Shown here: positions 20,181 to 29,096 of the stretch, in pieces
How positions within the stretch are numbered: the first letter of the stretch is position 1
How the letters are laid out: every line of letters starts with the position of its first letter
Source of the DNA: Pseudomonadota bacterium
GTDB lineage: Archaea; Thermoplasmatota; SW-10-69-26; JACQPN01; JAJPHT01
Reading direction: 5' to 3'
Length of the DNA: 64,000 bases
Assembly: GCA_021325135.1 (NCBI GenBank)
Contig: JAJPHT010000013.1
Coordinates: 32,001-96,000 of the forward strand
Position numbers and translations under genes: made by a program
Notes under the pieces: model-generated
What the model saw: the letters and a program-made list of their open reading frames with translations, nothing else
Told to the model about the DNA's origin: nothing
The model's database searches: none

Positions 20181-21978
20181 GCTCGACCTGCTTGAGGAGG
20201 GTCCGCGCCAGCTCGTGCGGGTCCACCGCGATGACGCGCCCGCGCGCCTCCTTCATGAGCGCCTCGGCGCTCTTGACGTACATCTCGTCCCTGGGCTCCA
20301 GGAGGAGCATCACGACGCCCGCGACGCTGCGCTCGCGCGCAAGCTGCCGCGCCTGCTCCTTGGCGTAGGCCATCGCCTTGTCGGGGTGGCCCGCCACGTC
20401 CTCCTTCCCCTTGGTGTACGCCTCGGGAAGGCCGTCGGTGACGAGGTAGACCAGCGTGCGCCCGCTCCTGCCGCGCTGCGCGGCCTCGCGGGCGAGACGC
20501 AGCGCCGCGCCGTGGTTGGTGAATCCGCGCGGCTCCGCCTCCCACATCTCCTTGAGGGAGACGCGCTTGACGCTGGTGTCCATGAGCAGCAGGTCCACCT
20601 GGCTGCGCGGGTTGCGGCGGCGCACCGCGTGGTGCAGCGCGAGCGCGGCGCGCTTGGCGGCGTCCATGCGGCCGTTCTCCTCCATGCTGCCGCTGCGGTC
20701 GACCACGAGCACGACGTGGATGGAGTTCTCGCGCTCCTCGCGGTAGACCACCACGTCGTCCTCCACCATGTGGCGCACGTGGGGGTGGCGCGAGCGGGCG
20801 CGCAGCAGGCTCGCGGGGATGTCCATGCGGCTGATCTCGACGGCGGAGCGCAGCGGCTCGCGCAGGTAGTGGCCCTCCCCCTCGGCGTATTCGCCCGCGC
20901 TGCCGCGGGAGGCGCCCGCGCCGCGCGACTCGTCCTGGTAGACGAGCGCGGCGAAGCGGTCCATGAACTGGAGCGTGGGCAGGAGCTTGCCCCCCGACTC
21001 GCGCAGGAGGCCCGCGGCCTTCAGCTCGTCGACGATGGCCTCCTTGACCTCCTCCTCGGGCGCGGCGCGGAGGGCCTCCTCGATGCGCTGCGCCTCGGCC
21101 TCGCGCTCCTCCTCCAAGCGCCGCGCGTCGGTGTCGTGCTCGCGCGCGGCCTCGCTCTCCTGCGCCGCCAGCGCGGCGAGGCGGTCCTGGAGCGACTCGG
21201 CGGCGCGGCGCTGGCCCTGCTTCGCGCGCTCGGCCTCCTCGGCCATCATCTGCGCCATGGCCTTCTGCGCCAGCGACTCGTAGTCCTCGCGCCCCAGCAG
21301 GCGCTCCCACGCGCGGCGCACGCGCTCGCGGGTGGGCGCCTCGCGCAGCTTCGCCTTGACCGCGCTGCGGAAGCCCGCGTCCGCGAGGTACAGGCTCCCC
21401 GCGCGCCCCACCGCGGCGCCGCCGGGGACCTCCAAGGCGACGCGGTCGGGCTCCCTCCGCGCGGGCAGGAGCTTGCGCAGGAGCCACAGGAGCGGGAAGA
21501 GGATCACGCGCAGCACGCGCGCGAGGGCGGCCAGCGCGCGGCGCCACCAGGGGGGCCGCGCGGCGACGTCCGCGTCCAGCGCGAGGCCGATCACGGGGTT
21601 GGCCCGCAGCGCGTCGAGGAGCGCGGAGTCTGACGCGCCGCGCAGGCGCGCGAGGTCCGCGCTGGCGAGGTCGCGCTCGCGCTGCAATTCCGCCAGGCGG
21701 GCGCGGTACGCGGCCTCCTCGGCGGCGGCCCGCTCGCCGAACTCCTCCGCGAGCTTGCGCTTCAGCTCCGCCGCGCGCTTGAGCAGCTCCTCCTTGAGCT
21801 TCTGCACCTTCCGCGCGATGGCGGAGTCCTCCCTCTCGCGCTCCTTGATGAACGCGTCGATGGCGCCAGGGCCCTCGGCCGCGATGCGCCGGACCAGCTC
21901 CCTGCGCTCCGCCGGCGTGAGCCCGAAGCTGTCATAGTCGCCCTGGCAGTCCGGGAGGTGGAGCTTCGTCTGGGCCAC
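20155..21978 (-). CDS. vWA-domain protein with long coiled-coil N-terminus (ChlD-like partner)
   Basis: MIDAS DRSGS, FTNHG, VTDG. Confidence 0.85.
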   Translation of the reverse strand: MAQTKLHLPDCQGDYDSFGLTPAERRELVRRIAAEGPGAIDAFIKEREREDSAIARKVQKLKEELLKRAAELKRKLAEEFGERAAAEEAAYRARLAELQRERDLASADLARLRGASDSALLDALRANPVIGLALDADVAARPPWWRRALAALARVLRVILFPLLWLLRKLLPARREPDRVALEVPGGAAVGRAGSLYLADAGFRSAVKAKLREAPTRERVRRAWERLLGREDYESLAQKAMAQMMAEEAERAKQGQRRAAESLQDRLAALAAQESEAAREHDTDARRLEEEREAEAQRIEEALRAAPEEEVKEAIVDELKAAGLLRESGGKLLPTLQFMDRFAALVYQDESRGAGASRGSAGEYAEGEGHYLREPLRSAVEISRMDIPASLLRARSRHPHVRHMVEDDVVVYREERENSIHVVLVVDRSGSMEENGRMDAAKRAALALHHAVRRRNPRSQVDLLLMDTSVKRVSLKEMWEAEPRGFTNHGAALRLAREAAQRGRSGRTLVYLVTDGLPEAYTKGKEDVAGHPDKAMAYAKEQARQLARERSVAGVVMLLLEPRDEMYVKSAEALMKEARGRVIAVDPHELARTLLKQVEPTAMARPA

Positions 21979-21984
21979 GAGGGA

Positions 21985-23487
21985 TCACTTCTTCGCGGGC
22001 GCGGCGGGCGTCTTGGGCGCGTCGAACGTGCCCGTCGCCTCGAAGGTCTTGAGCACCATCGAGAACCGGTCGCGCTTGACCTCGGGGGAAGCCCCGGCCG
22101 CTTCGCGGGCGTCCACGTACTCGGCGAAGCGGCGCAGCTTGGCCAGTCCGCTGGTCCCGGCCAGCGCCTCGGCCACGAGCTTGGGCTGCGCGGCGGCGTC
22201 CTTCAGCTCGCGCGCGGTGCGGTCGCCCTCGCTCCTGTCCTCCTTGAGGACCTCGACGAAGAAGCCGCACCAGTAGTCGGTCGCGGCGTCGGCGAGCGCC
22301 TTGGGCGACTGCTTCGCGAGGAAGGCCTCGACGGCCTCGCGGTTCTCCAGGTAGCCCTCGCCGCTGCGGCCGCGCACGCGGCCCACCATGGCCTCCTGCG
22401 CGCCGCGGAGGAAGTCCTCGCCCGCGACCAGCGCCGCGCCGCGCAGGAGCGCGTGCGCCTCGGCGCGGCGCAGCACGTCGATCATGGTGCGGTTGCTGCC
22501 CACCTCGCCAAGCTCGGGGCTCTCGCCGCTGACCTTGCGCCAGCGCTCGATGAGGAGCACCGCCGCCTCGCGCACGAGGGTCGGGGTGGTCAGGCGCGCG
22601 CCGCGCAGCGCGAGGTCGACGATGAGGCGGTTCTTGGCGTGGTCCGCGTTGAAGGGGACGTAGACGCTGGTGAAGCGGCCCAGGAGCGGCTCCTCGATGG
22701 CCTCCAGGTCCGCGAGGTTGCTGGTGGCGACGGCGACGAAGCTGGCGGGGAACGTCTCGCGGCTCTTGCTGGGCGTCACGATGTTCTCCTGGAGCGCCTG
22801 GAGGAGGACGTTCTGCGTGCCGCGGGGGAGCTTGCCCACCTCGTCCACGAGGAAGACGCCGCGGTTGGCCTGCATGACCTTGCCCGGCTCCAGCACCAGG
22901 GGGCTCTCGGGGTCGCCGATCTCCTCCAGCTTGACCAGGTTGATGGCCCCCGTCAGGTAGTCGGGGAACACCTCGGGGCTGCCTTGCAGGCGCGCGAAGC
23001 CGTACCCCTCGCGCAGGCGCGCGACCTTCACGGGCACCTTCTTCGCGTCCACGCGGGCGGCGTCGAAGTCGCCAATCTCCTTGTACGAGACGGCGCCGTG
23101 GCGCGTGCGGCAGGCGGGGCACGCCGGGTGGCGCGCGGCGAACTCGGTCGATATCAAGGAGAACGGATCGTCCTGCACGGGGCAGTCCTCGACGACGAGC
23201 GCGTCCTTGGGGTAGAGGTTCCAGATGTCCTTGGCGAGGGAGGTCTTCCCCGAGCCGGGCGGGCCGATGAGGAGGAGGTTCGTACCCGAGAGGAGAGCGG
23301 CGGTCACGCTCTCCAGCACCTCGTCGTCCAGCTGCGTGTTGGGGAAGAGGTCCTGGATCGCCTCGCGGCGCGACGCGCCCTGGGCTTCGAGCGCGCGCAG
23401 CCGCTCCAGGAGCGCGTCGCGGAGGCGGTCCGCCGGGAGCCGCGGCGCCATGCCGCGCGCAAGGAGGGAATCTGCCGTCTGGGCCAC
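21985..23487 (-). CDS. AAA+ ATPase, Mg-chelatase ChlI-like
   Basis: GPPGSGKT, CPVQDDP..CPAC, PG..MQANRGVFLVDE, LLQALQE. Confidence 0.85.
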   Translation of the reverse strand: MAQTADSLLARGMAPRLPADRLRDALLERLRALEAQGASRREAIQDLFPNTQLDDEVLESVTAALLSGTNLLLIGPPGSGKTSLAKDIWNLYPKDALVVEDCPVQDDPFSLISTEFAARHPACPACRTRHGAVSYKEIGDFDAARVDAKKVPVKVARLREGYGFARLQGSPEVFPDYLTGAINLVKLEEIGDPESPLVLEPGKVMQANRGVFLVDEVGKLPRGTQNVLLQALQENIVTPSKSRETFPASFVAVATSNLADLEAIEEPLLGRFTSVYVPFNADHAKNRLIVDLALRGARLTTPTLVREAAVLLIERWRKVSGESPELGEVGSNRTMIDVLRRAEAHALLRGAALVAGEDFLRGAQEAMVGRVRGRSGEGYLENREAVEAFLAKQSPKALADAATDYWCGFFVEVLKEDRSEGDRTARELKDAAAQPKLVAEALAGTSGLAKLRRFAEYVDAREAAGASPEVKRDRFSMVLKTFEATGTFDAPKTPAAPAKK

Positions 23488-23509
23488 GCCGCGGCATCGC
23501 CCGGCCGGC

Positions 23510-24112
23510 TTAAAGCGGTCGGCGCGCGGCGGGGACGCCTAGCAGCAGGGCGGCGCCCGACGCGAGGCCCGTCCAGGGGAGGAGCGCGGCCACCACGGGG
23601 TGAAGCCACGCGGCGCCCGCGTCCACCGGCACCATCTGGCCCCCGGGGCCGGTGGCCCACGTGTGCGGCTCGAGGTGGATCGCCAGCGCGAGCGTCGCGA
23701 GGAGCGCGGCGCCCGCGAGGCCCGCGACGCGGGCGCGCCGGTCGGGCCAGAGCGCGGCGGCCAAGGCGGCCGCGACCATGAGCCGGCTCGCGAGGACGTC
23801 CGGGTCGAGGCGCATCCAGCCGGGGATCGCCTCGACGGCGAGGCCCAGCGCGAGCAGCGCGGCGGCGACCCAGAGGGACCTGCGGAACGGCGCCGCGAGG
23901 TTGCCCGTGACGCACAGCAGGAGGAGGAGCACGAACCCGAAGATCGCGAGGAAGGAGCCCAGCGTGCCGGGAAGCGAGGGCCACTCCAGCAGGCGCGCGG
24001 GCACGCCGAACGCGGCGCCCTGGTTCGCGAAGGCGACGAGCATCGTGCCCGCTCCCAGGCACGCAAGGCCGACGCGCGTGGGAAGCGGCCCGCGGAGGTC
24101 GACGTCTCGCAC
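23510..24112 (-). CDS. Multi-pass membrane protein
   Basis: About six hydrophobic segments. Confidence 0.6.
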   Translation of the reverse strand: MRDVDLRGPLPTRVGLACLGAGTMLVAFANQGAAFGVPARLLEWPSLPGTLGSFLAIFGFVLLLLLCVTGNLAAPFRRSLWVAAALLALGLAVEAIPGWMRLDPDVLASRLMVAAALAAALWPDRRARVAGLAGAALLATLALAIHLEPHTWATGPGGQMVPVDAGAAWLHPVVAALLPWTGLASGAALLLGVPAARRPL

Positions 24113-24157
24113 GCGAAGGGCTCGGCGCCGGTCGCTCTTGTCCCTTTCGACGCGTCC

Positions 24158-24337
24158 TCAGCGCGGCCCGCGCACGCTCGCGAGGGCGTCCACGGGGCAG
24201 AGGCGGACGCAGAGGTCGCACTCCGTGCAGGAGGCGCGCACGGTGATGAAGCCCTGGAAGAGGTCCAGCGAGTCGTGGGGGCAGACGCCCACGCAGCCGC
24301 CGCAGTCCATGCAGCGCTCGGCCAGGAACTCGGGCAC
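24158..24337 (-). CDS. 2x[4Fe-4S] ferredoxin
   Basis: CMDCGGCVGVCP and CTECDLCVRLCP; GTG start inferred. Confidence 0.85.
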   Translation of the reverse strand: MPEFLAERCMDCGGCVGVCPHDSLDLFQGFITVRASCTECDLCVRLCPVDALASVRGPR

Positions 24338-24590
24338 GCGCCCAGCGAAGGCCAGCCGGGACAAGAATGTGGCTTCCTCGCGGGGAAGGCCTGCCGTGAC
24401 CGGAAAAGAAGCCGGTTTACCGAACTTCGTCCGACAAAGATGAGCCATTGCCGTCACTGGACCGATAAACGGTCCAACCCCATGTCACAATCTTTAATAA
24501 TGGTCCAGGGGCTGATCATGCGACAAGCCGGGGAGAGGCTTGCCTGCTCCGGGCCGCAGGAGGCCCGGGTCATGAGAATCGGTGTGACGA

Positions 24591-24752
24591 ATGGAAGGAA
24601 CCTACGAACGCGACGAGACGACCCCCCGAACGTTGCAGCCCCACGCGGCCCTGATCCCCGCCGCGACCCGCCTCAACCGCGGGCCGAACACCGGCTGGCA
24701 CTTCGCGGTCCTCGTCCGCGCCGCCTACTCGCGCCTGGAGGGATCGGCCTGA
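24591..24752 (+). CDS. 53-aa leader ORF (not in ORF track)
   Basis: MEGTYERDETTPRTLQPH..RLEGSA*; GGTGTGA RBS-like; stop overlaps the next gene's CTG. Confidence 0.4.
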   Translation: MEGTYERDETTPRTLQPHAALIPAATRLNRGPNTGWHFAVLVRAAYSRLEGSA

Positions 24753-25108
24753 TCGCCCAGGATGAGAAGGGCGCCTTCCAGGAGGCCCTGGAGCGGGCCT
24801 TCGAGATGGAGCCCGAGGACGCCCGCGAGCTGGCCGACGTGGTCCTGGATCGCTTCGCCGAGGTGGACGAGGTGGACGACTCCACCCTCGACGCCGAGGT
24901 CCGCAGCGTGTTCTACACGCTGGAGGCCAAGAAGATGCTCAGCTTCCGCCGCGTCGAATACACGCGGGAGGATGGCGACAAGCGCCGCGCCTTCTACTGG
25001 AAGCTGCGCCCCGAGGCGTTCCACGGCGAGGTCACGGTCCCCGTGCAGGACATGGACGCCGACGTCTACAGCTCGCTCCCCCCGACCGCCTGGCGCCACG
25101 CCGGGTAG
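24749..25108 (+). CDS. DUF6015-like / TFE-alpha wHTH-like protein, copy 1 (probable CTG start)
   Basis: VRSVFYTLEAKKMLSFRR..FYWKL; paralogue of 25291-25701. Confidence 0.7.
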   Translation: MIAQDEKGAFQEALERAFEMEPEDARELADVVLDRFAEVDEVDDSTLDAEVRSVFYTLEAKKMLSFRRVEYTREDGDKRRAFYWKLRPEAFHGEVTVPVQDMDADVYSSLPPTAWRHAG

Positions 25109-25290
25109 GGCCCCTTTTTCGATCTCCGCCGCGGCTGCCTCTGTCCGCGGCGCACCCTTCTCCAACAGATCGCAGTCTGTCCGAGAACCTACTAAGCCCC
25201 CGGAGGCGGTTGTTGCCAGACCTCCCGGTCGAGGGGCGTTCAACAAGTCGCTTCTAGGGTCCGGGGAGGGGAAAGGCATCAGGTGAACCG

Positions 25291-25701
25291 ATGGAGGATG
25301 ACACCCGCGTCGAGGCCCCCGCGCCCGCCCCCCAGGTCGTCGACGAGGAGCGCGTCTCGACCCTTTCCGACACGCTGCGCGAGAAGTTCGACATGGCGCC
25401 CGACGACGCGTCCGAGATCGCCCGCGTGGTGGTCGAGCAGTTCGGCCCCGCCAACGAGGTCAACGACGAGACGCTTGACCCCTCGGTGCGCAGCATCTTC
25501 TACACGCTGGAGGCGAAGAAGATCCTCAGCTTCCGCCGCGAGGAGTACGTCTGGGAGAACGGCGAGAAGCGCCGCGGCTTCTGGTGGCGCATCCGCGACG
25601 ACGCGCTCGCCTCCGTGCACACGATCCCCGTCCTCGACGCCGAGGAGGACGTGTACGCGAGCCTCCCCAAGGACGCCTGGACGGCGCGGCAGCACGCCTA
25701 G
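25291..25701 (+). CDS. DUF6015-like / TFE-alpha wHTH-like protein, copy 2
   Basis: VRSIFYTLEAKKILSFRR..FWWRI; AGGTGA RBS. Confidence 0.8.
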   Translation: MEDDTRVEAPAPAPQVVDEERVSTLSDTLREKFDMAPDDASEIARVVVEQFGPANEVNDETLDPSVRSIFYTLEAKKILSFRREEYVWENGEKRRGFWWRIRDDALASVHTIPVLDAEEDVYASLPKDAWTARQHA

Positions 25702-25762
25702 TCGTTCTACGCCTCATCCCAGAAAGGGTTAATACCGCACCCCCGATGGAACGCCGATCCAC

Positions 25763-26758
25763 TTGCAGGCCGTGATCCTGGCCGGCGGGTTCGGCACGCG
25801 CCTGAGGCCCCTGACCCTCACCTGCCCCAAGCCGTTGGTGCCCGTCGCCAACGTGCCCATCATCCGGCGCATCGTCGAGAAGCTCCCCGACGACGTGGAC
25901 AAGGTGGTCCTCGCGGTCAACTACAAGCTGGAGCAGCTTCGCGACTACTTCGCGCACAACGACGTGGGGCGCGAGGTCGTCCTCGTCGAGGAGCGGCAGC
26001 CCCTGGGCACCGCGGGCGCCATCAAGAACGTGGAGGCCGAGGTGGACGGCCCCTTCTTCGTGTTCAACGGCGACGTCCTGGACTCGCTGGACCTCGCTTC
26101 CTTCCGCCGCTTCCACGAGAAGCGGGGGGGTCTCGGAACGATCTCGCTCTGGGAGGTCCCCGACCCGCGCCACTTCGGCGTCATGGAGATGGACGGCGAG
26201 CGCATCGTCCGCTTCGTCGAGAAGCCCCAGACCAAGGAGGAGGCCCCCAGCCACCTGGCGAACGCGGGCACCTACCTGCTGGAGCCCGAGGTGTTCGACT
26301 TCATCCCCGCGGGCAAGGCGGTCAGCGTCGAGCGGGAGACGTTCCCCGCCCTCCTCCAGGCCGGCCGCCGCCTCCACGGGTTCCCCTTCGGCGGCTACTG
26401 GGTGGACGCCGGCCGCCCCGACACCTACCTCCACGCCAACGAGACCGTGCTCCACGCCGCCGGCCGCAAGGTGCTCCTGGGGCCCGGCACGACGCACGAG
26501 GCCGCCACCTTCGACGACTGGGCTGTCGTCGGCGCGCGCTGCCGCGTCGGCGCCGGCGCCACCATCGCGCGCTCCGTGCTCCTGGACGGCGTGACCGTGG
26601 GCGCCAGGGCCACCGTCCGCGACTCCATCGTGGGCCCCGGCGCGCGCGTCGGCGACGACGCCGTGCTCGTGGAGTGCGTCGTGGGCGAGGGCGCGGCCAT
26701 CGAGAAGGGGCTCCTCCTCAAGAACGTGAAGGTCGATCCGGCCGCAGATGCGAGTTGA
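25763..26758 (+). CDS. Sugar-1-phosphate nucleotidyltransferase with left-handed beta-helix
   Basis: ILAGGFGTRLRPLT..PKPL, PLGTAGA, NGD, FVEKP, hexapeptide repeats. Confidence 0.92.
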   Translation: MQAVILAGGFGTRLRPLTLTCPKPLVPVANVPIIRRIVEKLPDDVDKVVLAVNYKLEQLRDYFAHNDVGREVVLVEERQPLGTAGAIKNVEAEVDGPFFVFNGDVLDSLDLASFRRFHEKRGGLGTISLWEVPDPRHFGVMEMDGERIVRFVEKPQTKEEAPSHLANAGTYLLEPEVFDFIPAGKAVSVERETFPALLQAGRRLHGFPFGGYWVDAGRPDTYLHANETVLHAAGRKVLLGPGTTHEAATFDDWAVVGARCRVGAGATIARSVLLDGVTVGARATVRDSIVGPGARVGDDAVLVECVVGEGAAIEKGLLLKNVKVDPAADAS

Positions 26759-26762
26759 TATC

Positions 26763-28130
26763 ATGGGCAAGCTCTTCGGGACCAACGGCGTGCGCGGCTT
26801 CGCCAACCAGGACATGAACGCGGAGCTGGCGCTCCGATTGGGGCGCAGCCTCGGCTCGTACCTCAAGAAGGGCGACACGGTGCTCGTGGGCCGCGACACG
26901 CGCACCTCGGGCCCCATGCTCGTGGCCGCGCTCTCGGCGGGCCTCCAGGGCGCGGGCGTCCACGTCCACGACGCGGGCGAGGTCACGACGCCGGCCCTCC
27001 AGTACGCGGTCAAGACCAGCAAGGGGCGCTACGCGGCGGGCGCGGTCGTCACGGCCAGCCACAACCCGCCCGAGTTCAACGGCATCAAGTTCATCGACCC
27101 CGACGGCACGGAGATGCGCTCCGACAAGGAGGACGCCATCGAGGCCGTCTTCTTCGGCGACCGGTTCCGCAGCGTCGAGTGGAGCGAGATCGGCCAGGGC
27201 CACTACCAGCCCGGCGTCAACGCCGCCTACGTCGAGGCCATCCTGGGCAAGGTCGACGCGGAGGCCATCCGCCGCGCGAAGCTCACCGTCGTCCTCGACA
27301 CCAGCAACGGCGCGGGGGGCCACACGGCGCCCTACCTGCTGCGCAAGCTGGGCGTCCACGTCATCACGCTCAACGCGCAGCCCGACGGCACGTTCCCCGG
27401 GCACCCCAGCGAGCCCACCCCGGAGAACGTCAAGGACCTCGTGGTCGCGACGCGCGCATTCGGCGCCCACCTGGGCGTCGTGCAGGACGGCGACGCAGAC
27501 CGCTGCGTCTTCGTCGACGAGAAGGGGGGCTACGTGGACGGCAACCGCACGCTGGCCCTCATGGCGGGCTTCGTCGTGGGCCAGAAGCACGGCGGCCTCG
27601 TGGTGACGCCCGTCTCCAGCAGCGGCATCGTCGAGGAGCACGTAAAGGCCCGGGGCGGCAGCGTCGCGTACACGCGCGTGGGCGCTCCCGTCGTCGCGCG
27701 CTACATGCTCGACCACGGCGCGGTCGTGGGCGGCGAGGAGAACGGCGGCATCATCTGGCCCGAGTTCCAGCACTGCCGCGACGCCTCCATGACGCTGGCC
27801 AAGGTGCTGGAGCTTCTCGCGACGTCGGGCAAGCCCTTCAGCGCGCTCCTCGCGGAGCTTCCCAGCGCGGCCGCGGTGAAGAAGAAGGTCGAGTGCCCCA
27901 ACGACCGCAAGCAGAAGGCCCTCGACGCCTTCGCCAAGGCGCACGCCAAGGACCGCGTCGACACCACGGACGGCGTCAAGGTCTACGTCGCCGAAGGGTG
28001 GGTCCTCGTGCGGCCCAGCGGCACCGAGCCCATCTTCCGCGTCTACGCCGAGAGCAAGACCCACGAGCAGGCCGAGGCGCTGGCGACGAAGTCCCTCGCG
28101 GAGATCCGCGAGATCATCCGCACCGCGTGA
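26763..28130 (+). CDS. glmM: Phosphoglucosamine mutase / phosphohexomutase
   Basis: LFGTNGVRG, TASHNP, DGDADR, GGEENGG, RPSGTEP. Confidence 0.88.
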   Translation: MGKLFGTNGVRGFANQDMNAELALRLGRSLGSYLKKGDTVLVGRDTRTSGPMLVAALSAGLQGAGVHVHDAGEVTTPALQYAVKTSKGRYAAGAVVTASHNPPEFNGIKFIDPDGTEMRSDKEDAIEAVFFGDRFRSVEWSEIGQGHYQPGVNAAYVEAILGKVDAEAIRRAKLTVVLDTSNGAGGHTAPYLLRKLGVHVITLNAQPDGTFPGHPSEPTPENVKDLVVATRAFGAHLGVVQDGDADRCVFVDEKGGYVDGNRTLALMAGFVVGQKHGGLVVTPVSSSGIVEEHVKARGGSVAYTRVGAPVVARYMLDHGAVVGGEENGGIIWPEFQHCRDASMTLAKVLELLATSGKPFSALLAELPSAAAVKKKVECPNDRKQKALDAFAKAHAKDRVDTTDGVKVYVAEGWVLVRPSGTEPIFRVYAESKTHEQAEALATKSLAEIREIIRTA

Positions 28131-28138
28131 GGGCGCCG

Positions 28139-29095
28139 CTAGCGCCGCCGCGCCAGCGCCGCGAGAAGAAGGACCCCCGCCGCCAGCGGCAGCGCCACGT
28201 CCGGCGTCCGCGCCGCGGGGAGCGGGTACTCGATGGCGCTCACCATGACGAGGCGCAGGCCGTTGTCCACGAGGGGCAGGCTCCAGCGCGCGGCGTAGAC
28301 GTCGCTGCCGCCCGCCTGCGTGGGCGGGTCGAGGGCGAACGTGACGTTGCCTTCCCGGTTGTCCACCTGCGCCTGGCCGCCCCAGTCGAGGTACGCGCGC
28401 TTGCCGTCCTTCTCGGCGTGCGTGGCCATGGTGAGGTTGTCGAGGATCTCCTGCGAGACGGAGGCGCCCGGCGGCGCGACCAGCGAGCCTTCGAGGGCGT
28501 AGAGCGAGCCCACCTGCCGCGGCGGGAGGCTGGGGACCGTGAGGTAGAGAAGGAGGTCCTGCGGCCGGGCCCGCGCGCCCTCGTCGCTCACGTCGCGCCC
28601 CGCGGCCACCATCTCCAGCGTGACGTTGGGGGCCCCGCCCAGCGCGCCGGTCCAGAGCACGTCGTCGACGCCCGTGAGCCCGCCGACGCCCACCTGCCGG
28701 ACGCCCGAGGAGGACCAGCGGTAGTTGACGAAGCGCCACGACTTGAGCACGGTGTCCGTGCCCGGCTCCCACGCGCCGTCCGAGTTCGCGTCGCGGTAGA
28801 GCAGTAGGCGGTCGAGCTGCACGCGCGCGTGGAGGACGCCGCGGTCCGCGACGCTGGCGTCGTCGCGCTCCTCCACGTCGAAGGCCATGCGGCCCGGGTT
28901 GACGCCGTGCGTCACGACGTGGCGAAGGCGGTCCGCGCTGTCAAGGAGCGTGACCTGCGCCGCGGTGCCGTTGAGGGCGACCTCCACGACGCGGTCCCCT
29001 TCGGTGGCCTGCACGAACGCGCGGTCGTGGGGCACGTGCGCGAGGGCCAGGGGCGCGAGGAGGACGAGCGCCAGCGCGAGGGGCGCGGGGCGCAT
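28139..29095 (-). CDS. Secreted protein with C-terminal TP-TM-RRR anchor
   Basis: Signal peptide; ends RTPDVALPLAAGVLLLAALARRR. Confidence 0.7.
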   Translation of the reverse strand: MRPAPLALALVLLAPLALAHVPHDRAFVQATEGDRVVEVALNGTAAQVTLLDSADRLRHVVTHGVNPGRMAFDVEERDDASVADRGVLHARVQLDRLLLYRDANSDGAWEPGTDTVLKSWRFVNYRWSSSGVRQVGVGGLTGVDDVLWTGALGGAPNVTLEMVAAGRDVSDEGARARPQDLLLYLTVPSLPPRQVGSLYALEGSLVAPPGASVSQEILDNLTMATHAEKDGKRAYLDWGGQAQVDNREGNVTFALDPPTQAGGSDVYAARWSLPLVDNGLRLVMVSAIEYPLPAARTPDVALPLAAGVLLLAALARRR

Positions 29096-29096
29096 C

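Noticed and set aside
25763-28130. Nucleotidyltransferase and glmM as part of the CysRS-paralogue pathway
   Set aside because: A common housekeeping pair 16 kb away, with no evidence of linkage.
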